This document shows positions 1 through 9,659 of a stretch of DNA of 64,000 nt, piece after piece. A program made the translations under genes and the position numbers. Position 1 is the stretch's first letter, and each line of letters starts with the position of its first letter. The stretch covers positions 24,033-88,032 of the IMG/VR virus record IMGVR_UViG_3300037424_001256. One strand, 5' to 3'. Under the pieces are notes generated by a model. That model had not been told where the DNA came from and ran no database searches. It saw nothing but the letters and a program-made list of their open reading frames with translations. This stretch comes from a virus. Taxonomy: Duplodnaviria; Caudoviricetes.

Positions 1-31
1 AGATGATACACATTTAGAATTAGATGAAGTA

Positions 32-232
32 TTGGATTTGATGGTACTTAAAGATGCATTAAATATATTGAACGATAAAGAACTAAGAATACTTAAATTG
101 CGTTATTGTGATGAAATAAGCCAACAAAAAATAGCTGGTATAATTAATATCTCAAGAAGTTATGTGTCTCGTATCGAGAGAAGATCGTTAAGAAAACTAA
201 AAAAATGGTATGATGAAAATGTTCAGGTATAA
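32..232 (+). CDS. Small sigma-70 region-4 (HTH) protein, sporulation-sigma-like
   Basis: LNDKELRILKLRY...SQQKIAGIINISRSYVSRIERR resembles sigma region 4 of SigE/K/F/G. Confidence 0.7.
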   Translation: MDLMVLKDALNILNDKELRILKLRYCDEISQQKIAGIINISRSYVSRIERRSLRKLKKWYDENVQV

Positions 233-364
233 TCAATATGTTTCTACGGATTGTGAGATAAAGGAATATAATAAATGTAGAATATAGAAGAAATATACAT
301 AGTGACATACTATTTATTTTATATTAACATTAGGACAAGTTAATAGAAGGGAGAGCATATACTT

Positions 365-790
365 ATGAGTTCGGTAGAAAACTTTTACGAGGATTTGAAT
401 GAACTCAAGGCACATATTGAGGTTTTAAGGGCTGAATTATTTTCGCTGGAGGCAACGGGAATATCGGCTATGAGATTAGACAAGATTGGTAAAAGTTATA
501 ATATTTCAAAACCAACAGAAATTGATGCCATTAGTTTAATATCTAAGAGAACGGAATTAAATGAGAAGATTATCGTGATGCAACAAAGGGTGGAAATATT
601 AGATAATGCATTAAATGCGTTGACACCATTTGAATACGAGATAATCAATCGTAAAGTGATAAATAATGAACCGTTTTACAGGATATGTGGAGATCTTAAA
701 ATAAGTGAGAGAAACGCTCGAAGAACAAAAGCTAGGGCGTTGATTAAGTTGGAAAGAACCATTAATTTTGAAAATAGGAAATTTTTCTGA
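365..790 (+). CDS. ArpU/RinA-like late transcriptional activator
   Basis: C-terminal 'ALNALTPFEYEII...ICGDLKISERNARR' HTH; lies just upstream of terS. Confidence 0.6.
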   Translation: MSSVENFYEDLNELKAHIEVLRAELFSLEATGISAMRLDKIGKSYNISKPTEIDAISLISKRTELNEKIIVMQQRVEILDNALNALTPFEYEIINRKVINNEPFYRICGDLKISERNARRTKARALIKLERTINFENRKFF

Positions 791-877
791 ATTTGGCAGG
801 GTTTTGGCAGGGTTTTGTCCATTTACAATGTGAAAGAAACATGTTATATTAATGCTGAGACAACCACGAAAAACATA

Positions 878-907
878 CAAAACGGCTTCTTTTGAAGTCG
901 TTTTTTT
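878..907 (+). terminator. Intrinsic terminator
   Basis: AACGGCTTC/GAAGTCGTT stem followed by a T-tract. Confidence 0.6.
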
Positions 908-933
908 ACTTTCATTAAATAGAGGTGATTTAG

Positions 934-1440
934 ATGGCAAGTAGAGGTAGACCGGACATGCTCACCCCAAAGCTTAGGGAGGATCTTCTCAAAATGATTG
1001 TGGCTGGAAATTATATTGAAACTGCAGCGGCTTACGTGGGAATTGCTCAACAAACCTTGCGTGAATGGATGAGGAGAGGGGAAAGGGAGGCGCAAAGATT
1101 ATATTCAGATCCAGATGCAAGACCAATAAAATCAGAGGGAAAATACTTGGAGATATCACAAGCTATCAGACAGGCTCAGGCTGAGTCTGAAGTTAGGGAT
1201 GTTGTTTTGATAGGCAGGGCTGCCCAAGAACAGTGGCAAGCGGCTGCGTGGAGATTGGAGAGAAGATATCCAGATCGTTGGGGTAAGAAGGAACGCCATG
1301 AAGTTACAGGTGCAAATGGTGGACCAGTCCAATTCGAAGAAATACGCGAACGATTACTAAGGAAATTAACAGAAATTAATGTTGAGGAACATAGTAGTAG
1401 GGATGGGAGAAAAATGATCAGTGGAGATAGAGAAGATTGA
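934..1440 (+). CDS. Probable terminase small subunit
   Basis: N-terminal HTH, 'WQAAAWRLERRYPDRWG', 'EVTGANGGPV' tail typical of TerS-like proteins; position at start of packaging module. Confidence 0.6.
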   Translation: MASRGRPDMLTPKLREDLLKMIVAGNYIETAAAYVGIAQQTLREWMRRGEREAQRLYSDPDARPIKSEGKYLEISQAIRQAQAESEVRDVVLIGRAAQEQWQAAAWRLERRYPDRWGKKERHEVTGANGGPVQFEEIRERLLRKLTEINVEEHSSRDGRKMISGDRED

Positions 1441-1909
1441 GCTATCTAAAATAAAACCAGCTAAATATAATCCCCGGAAAGACCTGAAAAAGGGTGATGC
1501 GGAATATGAGAGGATCAAAAAAAGCATAATTGAATTTGGCTTAGTAGATCCACTCATCGTAAATACTGACTTTACCTTGATAGCTGGTCATCAAAGGTTA
1601 AAGATATTGCGAGAACTTCATTTTTCAGAAGTTGATTGCGTAGTATTAAGGCTTACGAAGAAAAAAGAAAAGGCTTTAAACTTAGCCCTTAATAAAATCA
1701 CTGGAAAATGGGATAACGCATTATTAAAAGATCTGCTTCAGGATCTGGATACAGGTTCATTTGATATGGAGTTGACTGGATTCAGCACCATAGAATTAGA
1801 GAACTTACTTACAGTCATTCCAGATATTGAAGAAAATGATGATAAGTTTGACTTCGATAAAAAGGGAAAAGTCAATTGCCCAAGATGCGGTCACGAATTC
1901 GAACTCTAA
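1421..1909 (+). CDS. ParB/Srx N-terminal domain protein with C-terminal Zn ribbon
   Basis: KPAKYNPR...SIIEFGLVDPLIV...IAGHQRL; CPRCGHEF. Confidence 0.8.
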   Translation: MEIEKIELSKIKPAKYNPRKDLKKGDAEYERIKKSIIEFGLVDPLIVNTDFTLIAGHQRLKILRELHFSEVDCVVLRLTKKKEKALNLALNKITGKWDNALLKDLLQDLDTGSFDMELTGFSTIELENLLTVIPDIEENDDKFDFDKKGKVNCPRCGHEFEL

Positions 1910-1929
1910 AAAAATGGGGGAGAATACTT

Positions 1930-2145
1930 TTGAAACCTGAAACAATAGAAAATAATTTCAGTTATCATGCTCCCAAAAAGGGGCAACACGAAAAATATAA
2001 TGCTATTAGGACAAAGGCGAAAGAATTAGCTTATCTACTGGATGAAATGTGTCCAATATGCAGAGAAAAATCAGTGGCCTTTACTAAATTGGAAGAATGC
2101 GTAATGTGGGCAAATTCGTCTATTGCGAGGGAAAAAATAGACTAA
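1930..2145 (+). CDS. Small helical protein resembling the Acb2/Tad1-type hairpin family (candidate nucleotide sponge)
   Basis: TTG start after GGGGAG RBS; 'NNFSYHAP...REKSVAFTKLEECVMWANSSIAR' resembles the Tad1 C-terminal helix motif as I recall it (REnxxAlThvEEalMW). Confidence 0.5.
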   Translation: MKPETIENNFSYHAPKKGQHEKYNAIRTKAKELAYLLDEMCPICREKSVAFTKLEECVMWANSSIAREKID

Positions 2146-2160
2146 ATGTGGGGGAAATAT

Positions 2161-3138
2161 ATGGCTCATGTTTTTCTAGATAAGAATATACTCATATCAG
2201 GTGGTACGGGTACGTTTGGAAGAAATTTTGTAAAATGGCTCCTAGAGAAAGAAAATCCCAAACGAATAATTATATTTTCAAGAGATGAACTAAAGCAACA
2301 TGATATGAGAACAAACGGATACGATGACGAACGTATTCGTTTTTTTATTGGTGATGTAAGGGACAAGGAAAGACTTAGGAGGGCTTTGCATGGAGTAGAT
2401 ATAGTTATCCATGCCGCAGCTTTAAAACAAGTACCAGCATGTGAGTATAATCCTTACGAAGCAGTTAAAACAAATGTAATAGGTACTCAAAATGTCATCG
2501 AATCTTCCATTGATGCGCGAGTAGAACGTGTCATGGCAATATCTACTGATAAAGGATGTATGCCAAGTAACACATATGGAGGAACTAAATTTTTATCAGA
2601 GCGACTTGTTATAAATGGAAATGCTTATGCAAGTAGGACTAAAACAAAATTTAGCTGTATCCGATACGGAAATGTGACTGGTTCGCGTGGTAGCATTGTT
2701 CCCTTGATGATTAAACAAAGGGACGAAGGACAACCGATTACGATCACGGACGTTAGAATGACTAGATTTTGGTTACAGCCTGAGAGGGCTTGCGAAATTG
2801 TGGCTAAGGCAATCGAAGTAATGCATGGTGGAGAAATATTTATTCCCAAGATACCAAGCATTAGAATTCTAGACTTAAAGAGAGCTATTGCCCCGGAGTC
2901 AGAAACTAAATATATAGGAATTCGCGAAGGCGAAAAACTCCACGAATCATTAGTTGGTGAACAAGAAGCGCCACTTACTATTGATACTGGAGATTTTTTT
3001 ATTATTGAGAGTCCTCAGGACTGGTTCCAGAGAGGACGAATCAAAGGAGAACCATTCAGGAAGCAAAGATACGTCAGTGATGAGAATGATGATTTCTTAA
3101 CTATTGATGGAATAAAGAAAAGCATTGGCAGTGCTTAA
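2161..3138 (+). CDS. pseB: UDP-GlcNAc 4,6-dehydratase (inverting), PseB-like
   Basis: GGTGTFG Rossmann motif, FSRDELKQ, HAAALKQVPACEYNP, STDKG, YGGTK, RYGNVTGSRGS. Confidence 0.9.
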   Translation: MAHVFLDKNILISGGTGTFGRNFVKWLLEKENPKRIIIFSRDELKQHDMRTNGYDDERIRFFIGDVRDKERLRRALHGVDIVIHAAALKQVPACEYNPYEAVKTNVIGTQNVIESSIDARVERVMAISTDKGCMPSNTYGGTKFLSERLVINGNAYASRTKTKFSCIRYGNVTGSRGSIVPLMIKQRDEGQPITITDVRMTRFWLQPERACEIVAKAIEVMHGGEIFIPKIPSIRILDLKRAIAPESETKYIGIREGEKLHESLVGEQEAPLTIDTGDFFIIESPQDWFQRGRIKGEPFRKQRYVSDENDDFLTIDGIKKSIGSA

Positions 3139-3158
3139 TTAATTGGGGGAAAAATTAA

Positions 3159-3389
3159 ATGGAAAAAAATTCTATATGCAAAAATATTTCGAAGATATTA
3201 GAAGATTTAAGGCAGATAAATTTTGATTTTCCAGAGTTAGTACCTTTTATTGAAAGCGGAATATTAAATATTCCAATGGCAAAATTAATCAGCAGTAGGA
3301 TGGATCTAAGTTTAAGGGGAAGACTTCTTGATAAATTGAGGAGCGGAAAAGATCCTTATATTATAGATCTTGTTTTGCAAAGAACATGA
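3159..3389 (+). CDS. Hypothetical protein
   Basis: ORF with GGGGGA RBS; array 1 begins right after its stop. Confidence 0.5.
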   Translation: MEKNSICKNISKILEDLRQINFDFPELVPFIESGILNIPMAKLISSRMDLSLRGRLLDKLRSGKDPYIIDLVLQRT

Positions 3390-3392
3390 TTT

Positions 3393-3721
3393 TACTAGCC
3401 AGTTAAATGGATAGAACCCATTGAATAAGAGCGAGCCAAAGGTCAGGATATTATCAAATACGATGAGTAAATCAAAAAATATAGATTGTATCAAATAATT
3501 AGATTGAACCAATATGGTTAGAGTACCATTCCGTAAGAGTGAATCAAAGGATCTAAATGTATCATGTCGCGCGAATGAATCAAAGGTATCGAATTAATCA
3601 GCTTCTTGGAGTGAATCACAATGATGATCTGAACATGTACCCGAATGCGCCAATGCATATGAATAATCAACCCTTTTGAGCGAGCCATTTGCAAGAAAGA
3701 AACAAAAACTAAGAGCGATCA
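3393..3721 (+). repeat. TIGR-like dual-repeat array 1 (about 9 units)
   Basis: Edge repeats GA(G/A/T)(C/T)GA(G/A)(C/T)CA at 3429, 3465, 3502, 3537, 3573, 3609, 3643, 3678, 3713 (34-37 nt period), alternating with degenerate GA...CA loop repeats and ~8-nt variable spacers. Confidence 0.8.
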
Positions 3722-3749
3722 AAAATCAAATTGGAAGAGGTAGGACAAT

Positions 3750-4019
3750 TTGAGATTAGGGCAATTCAATATCCAGAGAAGCGCTATCTTAGAATTACCA
3801 GAGTTGGTCATGGCAATTACTGCTAGGATGATTATTTATCGGGCTGAGATGATGTTCCATAAAGATTGCGTGGAGTACATTGCCATTTCTGATTTATTTG
3901 ATGAGGTAGAGCAAGGGCAATGCCCACCGGAATATATGATAATCGTCGAGACAAACGAGGATGGCACATATGTAATTTCAGCGCAAAAGAAGAGGGATAG
4001 GGTGACACCATTTCAATGA
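3750..4019 (+). CDS. Hypothetical phage protein
   Basis: ORF with RBS, no recognisable motif. Confidence 0.5.
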   Translation: MRLGQFNIQRSAILELPELVMAITARMIIYRAEMMFHKDCVEYIAISDLFDEVEQGQCPPEYMIIVETNEDGTYVISAQKKRDRVTPFQ

Positions 4020-4051
4020 TGAGATGGTTTTTTTAGTTGGGGGGAAAAGCA

Positions 4052-4960
4052 ATGGAATTCCATCCGATATGTGAGATATTCCCAAAAATGAATGACCAAG
4101 AATTCCTAGATTTGATTCAGGATATAGCGGTAAATGGACAGATTGAATCTATCAAAACTTATCAAGGTAAGATTATTGACGGTAGGAATAGGTTCTTAGC
4201 TTGTCAGAGGTTGAATGTAGAACCAGTTTTTAGTGAGTGGGATGGTAGGGGTTCGCTTGTCTCGTATGTGCTGAGCTTGAATCTAATTAGGAGACATTTA
4301 ACGGCAAGTCAGGGAGCAGTAGTTGCAAATAAAATTCTTCCATTCAAGGAAGAAGAAGCGAGAGAGAGACAAAAAACATTGGCAGGAACTAGACCAAATA
4401 CAGATATAGACCTTAGTCAAAAAATTGACGAAGGTATTATTAAGGGAAGAGCAACAGAACAGGTTGCTCAAATGTTTGGAACAAATCGCCAATATGTTAC
4501 CGATGTTAAGAAGATAAGTGAAAATGCTAAGGAACTAATTCCTTTTATTGAAGATGGGACATTAACAGTCCCAGAAGCAAAGATTATTTCAAGAGATGTT
4601 GAGCCAGAACGCAGACAGGAAGTTATCCAAAAGTTCAAAGATATTGATTCAGGTGGGAAAAAGCCCAAAGTTTTGGAGTTGGTCGGAGGTGAAAAGAAGG
4701 AAAAGAAGGTTGAAAAAGTAGATCCAAGAGATCCAGAAATTAAGGAATATGATGAATACATAGATAAATGCGATAAGATTGCAGATGAATTTAGAGAGGT
4801 AATTTATCAATTCGTATTACTTGATGTGGATGATGGAAATTTAAACGCTTGGTCACAATTTTTAGATGCGAAAGATGTGATACAGGCAAACATTGATAAT
4901 ATGGAAATTATTTTATCTAAAGTTCTAAAGATTAAAAAATTTCTGAGGGGGTTAAAATAG
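4052..4960 (+). CDS. ParB-like N-terminal domain protein with HTH
   Basis: FHPICEIFPKM...DIAVNG...IIDGRNRFLAC; NLIRRHLT; VAQMFGTNRQYV. Confidence 0.75.
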   Translation: MEFHPICEIFPKMNDQEFLDLIQDIAVNGQIESIKTYQGKIIDGRNRFLACQRLNVEPVFSEWDGRGSLVSYVLSLNLIRRHLTASQGAVVANKILPFKEEEARERQKTLAGTRPNTDIDLSQKIDEGIIKGRATEQVAQMFGTNRQYVTDVKKISENAKELIPFIEDGTLTVPEAKIISRDVEPERRQEVIQKFKDIDSGGKKPKVLELVGGEKKEKKVEKVDPRDPEIKEYDEYIDKCDKIADEFREVIYQFVLLDVDDGNLNAWSQFLDAKDVIQANIDNMEIILSKVLKIKKFLRGLK

Positions 4961-5419
4961 GTGGCTATACAAAATGTCCGAAGACCAAGAACGGATAAAA
5001 AGGTTAAAGAAAGAATCGAAATCTTAATTAAAGATGGAAAAGCTAGATCAAGGGAAGAATTATACGAAATCATGGAACCATATTATCAGGAAGACCCAGA
5101 GGCATCCAAATACAGAGATTTTAGATGTTGGTGTAATGGTATTTTGGCAAGTTTTAAGGATGAAGATGGAGTAAGATCATGTTTGAATTTTAAAAAAGTA
5201 ACAAAGAAAAAGGGGAAAGTAATTAAAAGTGAATCCAGATGGGTTGATATAGACACAACGAAAGACCTCAAAGCATTAAAGGAAATTGAAAAATCTTTAG
5301 ATAAAAAAAGAGCTGGAATCACGAATACACAAATGAAAGTTAATAAGAGATACAAAAAAGTTCATAAAGACCAACAAAGATTTAATTTTGATAAAGGAAC
5401 GGTTGAGAGTGGAGAGTAA
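4961..5419 (+). CDS. Basic hypothetical protein coupled to the ParB-like gene
   Basis: Starts immediately after the upstream stop; K/R-rich. Confidence 0.55.
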   Translation: MAIQNVRRPRTDKKVKERIEILIKDGKARSREELYEIMEPYYQEDPEASKYRDFRCWCNGILASFKDEDGVRSCLNFKKVTKKKGKVIKSESRWVDIDTTKDLKALKEIEKSLDKKRAGITNTQMKVNKRYKKVHKDQQRFNFDKGTVESGE

Positions 5420-5444
5420 GGATTAAAGAGAGGGTGAGGAACTT

Positions 5445-6533
5445 TTGATTCCCTACGCCAAGCACAAACTGGAAGCTGAGGACATCATTGAAGTCATGAG
5501 AGCATTGCAAGGACCAAGTATAACTCAAGGCACCATGATTGATTGGTTTGAAGATGTTTTCAGGGAAGCAGTAGGAGCCAAATACGCAGTAGCAGTATCA
5601 AGTGGTACCGCAGCACTTCATGCTTCATTGATGGCAATCGGGATTGGTCCCGGTGATGAAGTCATTGTACCATCCATGACATTTGTCGCAACGGCGAACG
5701 TAGTCAAGTATCTTAATGCTACTCCTATATTTGCAGACATTGATCCTGAAACATTATTGGTAGATCCAGAAGATATTGAAAAGAAGATTACAAATAAAAC
5801 CAGAGCTATAATAGTTGTGGATTTTTCTGGTCAACCAGTAGATTATTCTGCTATAAAAGAAATTTGCGAGAGATATCATCTAATCCTGATTGCGGATGCT
5901 TGCCATAGCTTGGGAGCAACTTATAAAGGTGAAAAAGTTGGTAAACTGGCAGATCTTAATTGCTTTAGCTTACATGCTACTAAACTAATAACCAGCGCCG
6001 AAGGTGGAGTAATTACAACGGATGACAAATGTTATTACGATAAAATGAGAGCTTTTCGTAACCATGGGAGAATAGATGGAGACATGATGTTGCTTGGATA
6101 TAATTACCGAATGACTCATCTACAGGCGGCGTTATGTATTAACCAAATCAAGAGAATACCAAATTTAGTTGCAGTAAGGCAAACTATAGCTGAATTTTAC
6201 GATAATCAACTTAAGGAATTAGGAATAAAATCCTTGAAGCAGAAGGTAGATCGGACAAATGCAAGGCATATATATGTGATATTCGCCAAGCATCGCGAAG
6301 CATTAAGGTCAAAGTTAGAGATTTATGGCATTGGTAGTCAAATACATTACAAACCGATTACATTACAGAGCTATTATGATTGTCCCGGATCTACTCCGAG
6401 GGCTGAAGATATATGGAGAAGCATACTAACGATCCCTTTATATCATCACTTAATTGAAGGTGAGCAAAAAACTATAATTAGGGCATTAAAATCGGCAAGT
6501 GAATACGTAGAGAACTATAAAGAAAAGCAATGA
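5445..6533 (+). CDS. pseC: PLP-dependent sugar aminotransferase, PseC-like (DegT/DnrJ family)
   Basis: AVSSGTAALH, TFVATAN, DACHSLG, FSLHATKLITSAEGG, GYNYRMT. Confidence 0.85.
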   Translation: MIPYAKHKLEAEDIIEVMRALQGPSITQGTMIDWFEDVFREAVGAKYAVAVSSGTAALHASLMAIGIGPGDEVIVPSMTFVATANVVKYLNATPIFADIDPETLLVDPEDIEKKITNKTRAIIVVDFSGQPVDYSAIKEICERYHLILIADACHSLGATYKGEKVGKLADLNCFSLHATKLITSAEGGVITTDDKCYYDKMRAFRNHGRIDGDMMLLGYNYRMTHLQAALCINQIKRIPNLVAVRQTIAEFYDNQLKELGIKSLKQKVDRTNARHIYVIFAKHREALRSKLEIYGIGSQIHYKPITLQSYYDCPGSTPRAEDIWRSILTIPLYHHLIEGEQKTIIRALKSASEYVENYKEKQ

Positions 6534-6572
6534 TATAATATTTGCTTTTCTTTATTTTTTGGAGGAAAAGCG

Positions 6573-7136
6573 ATGAGATTAACGGAGGGGCAACAGAAAA
6601 TTGTTGAAGACAACATTAGGCTAGCTGGTTACATGACTCAGAAATGGATTAAAAAAGGTGTACGCAATATCGACCAAGATGAGATATTTTCCCTGTTTTC
6701 CTTTGCGCTCTGCAAGGCAGCAGCTACCTTTGATCCAAATCGGGGAGCTAAATTCGCAACGTATGCTGGACGTTGTATGGAAAACGAACTAAAAATGGAA
6801 TTTAGGAGAAAAGATAGAGGCGGGGGAGAAAATTCAGAGATTACATTTGGGACAGTTATTAAGTCAGATGAAAATGGAGGCGAAGTTGAACTCCATGAAG
6901 TCCTTAGAGATGACTCCTATCTTGAATACGATAGAATTATTGATGTTATGTATGCGAAAGAAGCCCTTATGATCTTGAGTGACAGGGATATGGCAATCCT
7001 CAAGGGTAAATATTTTTTCGAGGAAACACAAAGATCAATTGCAGGAAGACTTAATATTTCTCAATCGTATGTTAGTAGAATTGAAAAGAAGATATTACGT
7101 AGGTTGAGGCAATGGAATAGAGGTAAAGTATCTTGA
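6573..7136 (+). CDS. Sporulation-type RNA polymerase sigma factor
   Basis: Region 2 'ALCKAAATFDPNRGAKFATYAGRCMENE'; region 4 'TQRSIAGRLNISQSYVSRIEKK'. Confidence 0.85.
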   Translation: MRLTEGQQKIVEDNIRLAGYMTQKWIKKGVRNIDQDEIFSLFSFALCKAAATFDPNRGAKFATYAGRCMENELKMEFRRKDRGGGENSEITFGTVIKSDENGGEVELHEVLRDDSYLEYDRIIDVMYAKEALMILSDRDMAILKGKYFFEETQRSIAGRLNISQSYVSRIEKKILRRLRQWNRGKVS

Positions 7137-7154
7137 GTGGTGGGGTAAATTATT

Positions 7155-7664
7155 ATGAGATCAAGCTTAAAGAAGTTTATCATTAGAACTTTAGGATTAC
7201 GAGAAAATATATTTCATCCCCTCGTCCTTATTAATGGTGATCCAGACATAGGGGAAAATGTTTACATAGGAGCTTTGTCTGAAATAAATTCCAAGGGTGC
7301 GAGGGTATCCATTGGTATGAATTCTGATATAGCTTCTTTTGTCAGTATTAATGTTGCTGACAGTCACAAAAGATGTATAGGCATTCAGGATAATATAGAA
7401 CGAAGAGATATCATAATTGGGAATAATGTGTTTATTGGATCTCATTCACTTATTAAAGGTGGTGCTATAATTGGAGATTACTCCGTTATTGCTTCTGGTA
7501 CGATAGTAGATGGAGGAACTATTCCACCATATTCTCTTGTCCATGGGAATCCCATGAAAATAAAGGTAGGTTATTACTTTGAAAAGGTCAATCCCACACA
7601 ACAGACCAACATTAGGAAAAGAGGAGGAGAGGGCATCTATCCGGGCTTTAAGGTCTGGGATTAA
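7155..7664 (+). CDS. Hexapeptide-repeat (left-handed beta-helix) acyltransferase
   Basis: IGENVYIG, IIIGNNVFIGSHSLIKGGAIIGDYSVIASG, GNP. Confidence 0.85.
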   Translation: MRSSLKKFIIRTLGLRENIFHPLVLINGDPDIGENVYIGALSEINSKGARVSIGMNSDIASFVSINVADSHKRCIGIQDNIERRDIIIGNNVFIGSHSLIKGGAIIGDYSVIASGTIVDGGTIPPYSLVHGNPMKIKVGYYFEKVNPTQQTNIRKRGGEGIYPGFKVWD

Positions 7665-8556
7665 TCAGGGAAAAGAAGTTAAAGCTTTCGAAGATGAATT
7701 ATGTGAATATCTGGGATTACCAGAAGATCATGCAGTAATGGTAAGTAGTGGAACGGCAGCTCTTTATTTAGCAGTTAGGCATATAAAAAAGAGAGAAATA
7801 ACTTATCCAATATATAGTTTCCCTAGTGTCAGGAATGCTATCCTAATGGCAAATCGTCAACCAATTGAAACTGAATTGTCAGATCCAAATCAAGATATAT
7901 TTTGCCATATGTTTGGAAATGTAAATACCACATTAACCTACCCAATGAGAAGAGGGAAAATTTTTATTGAAGACGCAACTCAAGCATTGGGAGCTAAAGC
8001 GGGATCAGATTTTATTGGGACACTTGGAACCTATGGAGTATTTTCTTTTGCATCAACAAGGATCATAACTAGTGGTGGACAGGGTGGAGCAGTTGTTTCA
8101 ATGAATAAATCAAGGATAGATGAAATCAGAGATTTACGTGACCTTGATATACGTAATGATACAAAACAGAGATTTAATTTTGGAATGACAGATTTACAAG
8201 CAGCGATAGGGCGTGAGCAATTAAAGAAGATTGATAATTTTCTTGAACGTCGAGAAGAAATATTCCAAAAATATCTCAATGGTGGTCTTGATCTACTAAG
8301 AAATAAAAATGAATATATCACAGATGTCAGATATGGTGCCATTGTAAGGGCGCATAAACCCTTAAAAATGATAACAGATCTAGGAAGGAGGGGAGTAAGG
8401 GCTTTAATTCCAATTGAAGATCTTGAAGTACCGAATGCTAAAATGTTTCACCAATCATATGCTCTAACTAAAAATAGAGTTTCTTTACCTATTTACCCAA
8501 CTTTGACAGATAAATATGTCGATTTGATTATTTCAGTAGCAAGAAAATATATCTAA
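7579..8556 (+). CDS. Second DegT/DnrJ-family aminotransferase (divergent)
   Basis: VSSGTAALYLA, EDATQALG, FSFASTRIITSGGQGG, FNFGMTDLQAAIG; Arg appears where the PLP lysine is usually found. Confidence 0.75.
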   Translation: MKRSIPHNRPTLGKEEERASIRALRSGINQGKEVKAFEDELCEYLGLPEDHAVMVSSGTAALYLAVRHIKKREITYPIYSFPSVRNAILMANRQPIETELSDPNQDIFCHMFGNVNTTLTYPMRRGKIFIEDATQALGAKAGSDFIGTLGTYGVFSFASTRIITSGGQGGAVVSMNKSRIDEIRDLRDLDIRNDTKQRFNFGMTDLQAAIGREQLKKIDNFLERREEIFQKYLNGGLDLLRNKNEYITDVRYGAIVRAHKPLKMITDLGRRGVRALIPIEDLEVPNAKMFHQSYALTKNRVSLPIYPTLTDKYVDLIISVARKYI

Positions 8557-8585
8557 AATGTTATAACTATAGGGGGAAGAGTAAA

Positions 8586-9659
8586 CTGAAGATTATTAGT
8601 AGTCTAAAACAAACTATAAGCATTAATAAGAGCGATATCGGAGATGGATATCCAGTATTTATTGTTGCAGAAGTTGGAGTCACGGCAAATGGCTCACTAG
8701 AAAAAGGTAAATCATTAATTGAAATAGCTAAAAATTCAGGTGCAGATGCCGTAAAGTTTCAAACGATAGATTGTGATGATTTTATGGCAGATAAATCTGT
8801 TCTTTATAAATACGAGACACTAGAAGGATTCAAGGAAGAGAACATGTATGAAATGCTCAAGAAGAACAGATTTACGCAGAGTGAACTTATTGAATTATCT
8901 AGATATGCAAGGAAATTAGGAATTATATTCTACTTATCTGTTGATAGTATTAGGAGTGTTCAATGGGCCGATAATGCAAATTCAGCAACTTATAAAATAG
9001 GCTCTTGGGATTTGCGTAATTATCCCTTGCTTGAAGCAGTAGCTAAAAGTGGAAAATCAATCCAAATTGATTTAGGACCAGTTATTTTAGGCGAAATCGT
9101 GCAGATGCTTGAATTCCTAGAGTTTCATGGAGCGACAGAGATTATGCTTGTTCATTGTAGTCATGCAAGTAAATTGTCTAATCTAAATCTAAAAAGTATT
9201 ACATATCTCAAAGATATGTTTAATGTTCCAGTAGGATACTCCGCAGATACTAGAGAGATAATACCTGATATAACAGCAATATCTTTAGGTGCAAAAATGA
9301 TTGAGAAAAGACTCACCTTAAGTCGTAACGAATTAGGCCACCATCATATTAAGGCTCTTGAGCCAAAAGAATTTATGGATTGGGTGGATATTATTCGAAA
9401 AACTGAAGCGACATTAGGACTTAAGAAATTAATACCTTCCTACGAGGATCTTTCAATCAAAAATCTATATTTCACTAGTATAGCTACTACCAGAGAAATA
9501 GCAGAAGGTGAATTCATAACGAAAGATATGCTTGGTGCAAAAAGACCGGGAACAGGTGTTTCTCCTTTATATATGGATCAAATCATAGGTAAACGTACTA
9601 ATAGATCATTTCAGGAGAATGAAATCATTGCTTGGGATGATTGGGGTAGTTTCAAATGA
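8586..9659 (+). CDS. NeuB/PseI-family nonulosonate synthase 1 (probable CTG start)
   Basis: Frame is open upstream of ATG 8784 and encodes the conserved 'PVFIVAEVG...SGADAVKFQT'; AGGGGG RBS 9 nt before CTG 8586; C-terminal SAF/AFP-like 'KRPGTG'. Confidence 0.85.
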   Translation: MKIISSLKQTISINKSDIGDGYPVFIVAEVGVTANGSLEKGKSLIEIAKNSGADAVKFQTIDCDDFMADKSVLYKYETLEGFKEENMYEMLKKNRFTQSELIELSRYARKLGIIFYLSVDSIRSVQWADNANSATYKIGSWDLRNYPLLEAVAKSGKSIQIDLGPVILGEIVQMLEFLEFHGATEIMLVHCSHASKLSNLNLKSITYLKDMFNVPVGYSADTREIIPDITAISLGAKMIEKRLTLSRNELGHHHIKALEPKEFMDWVDIIRKTEATLGLKKLIPSYEDLSIKNLYFTSIATTREIAEGEFITKDMLGAKRPGTGVSPLYMDQIIGKRTNRSFQENEIIAWDDWGSFK

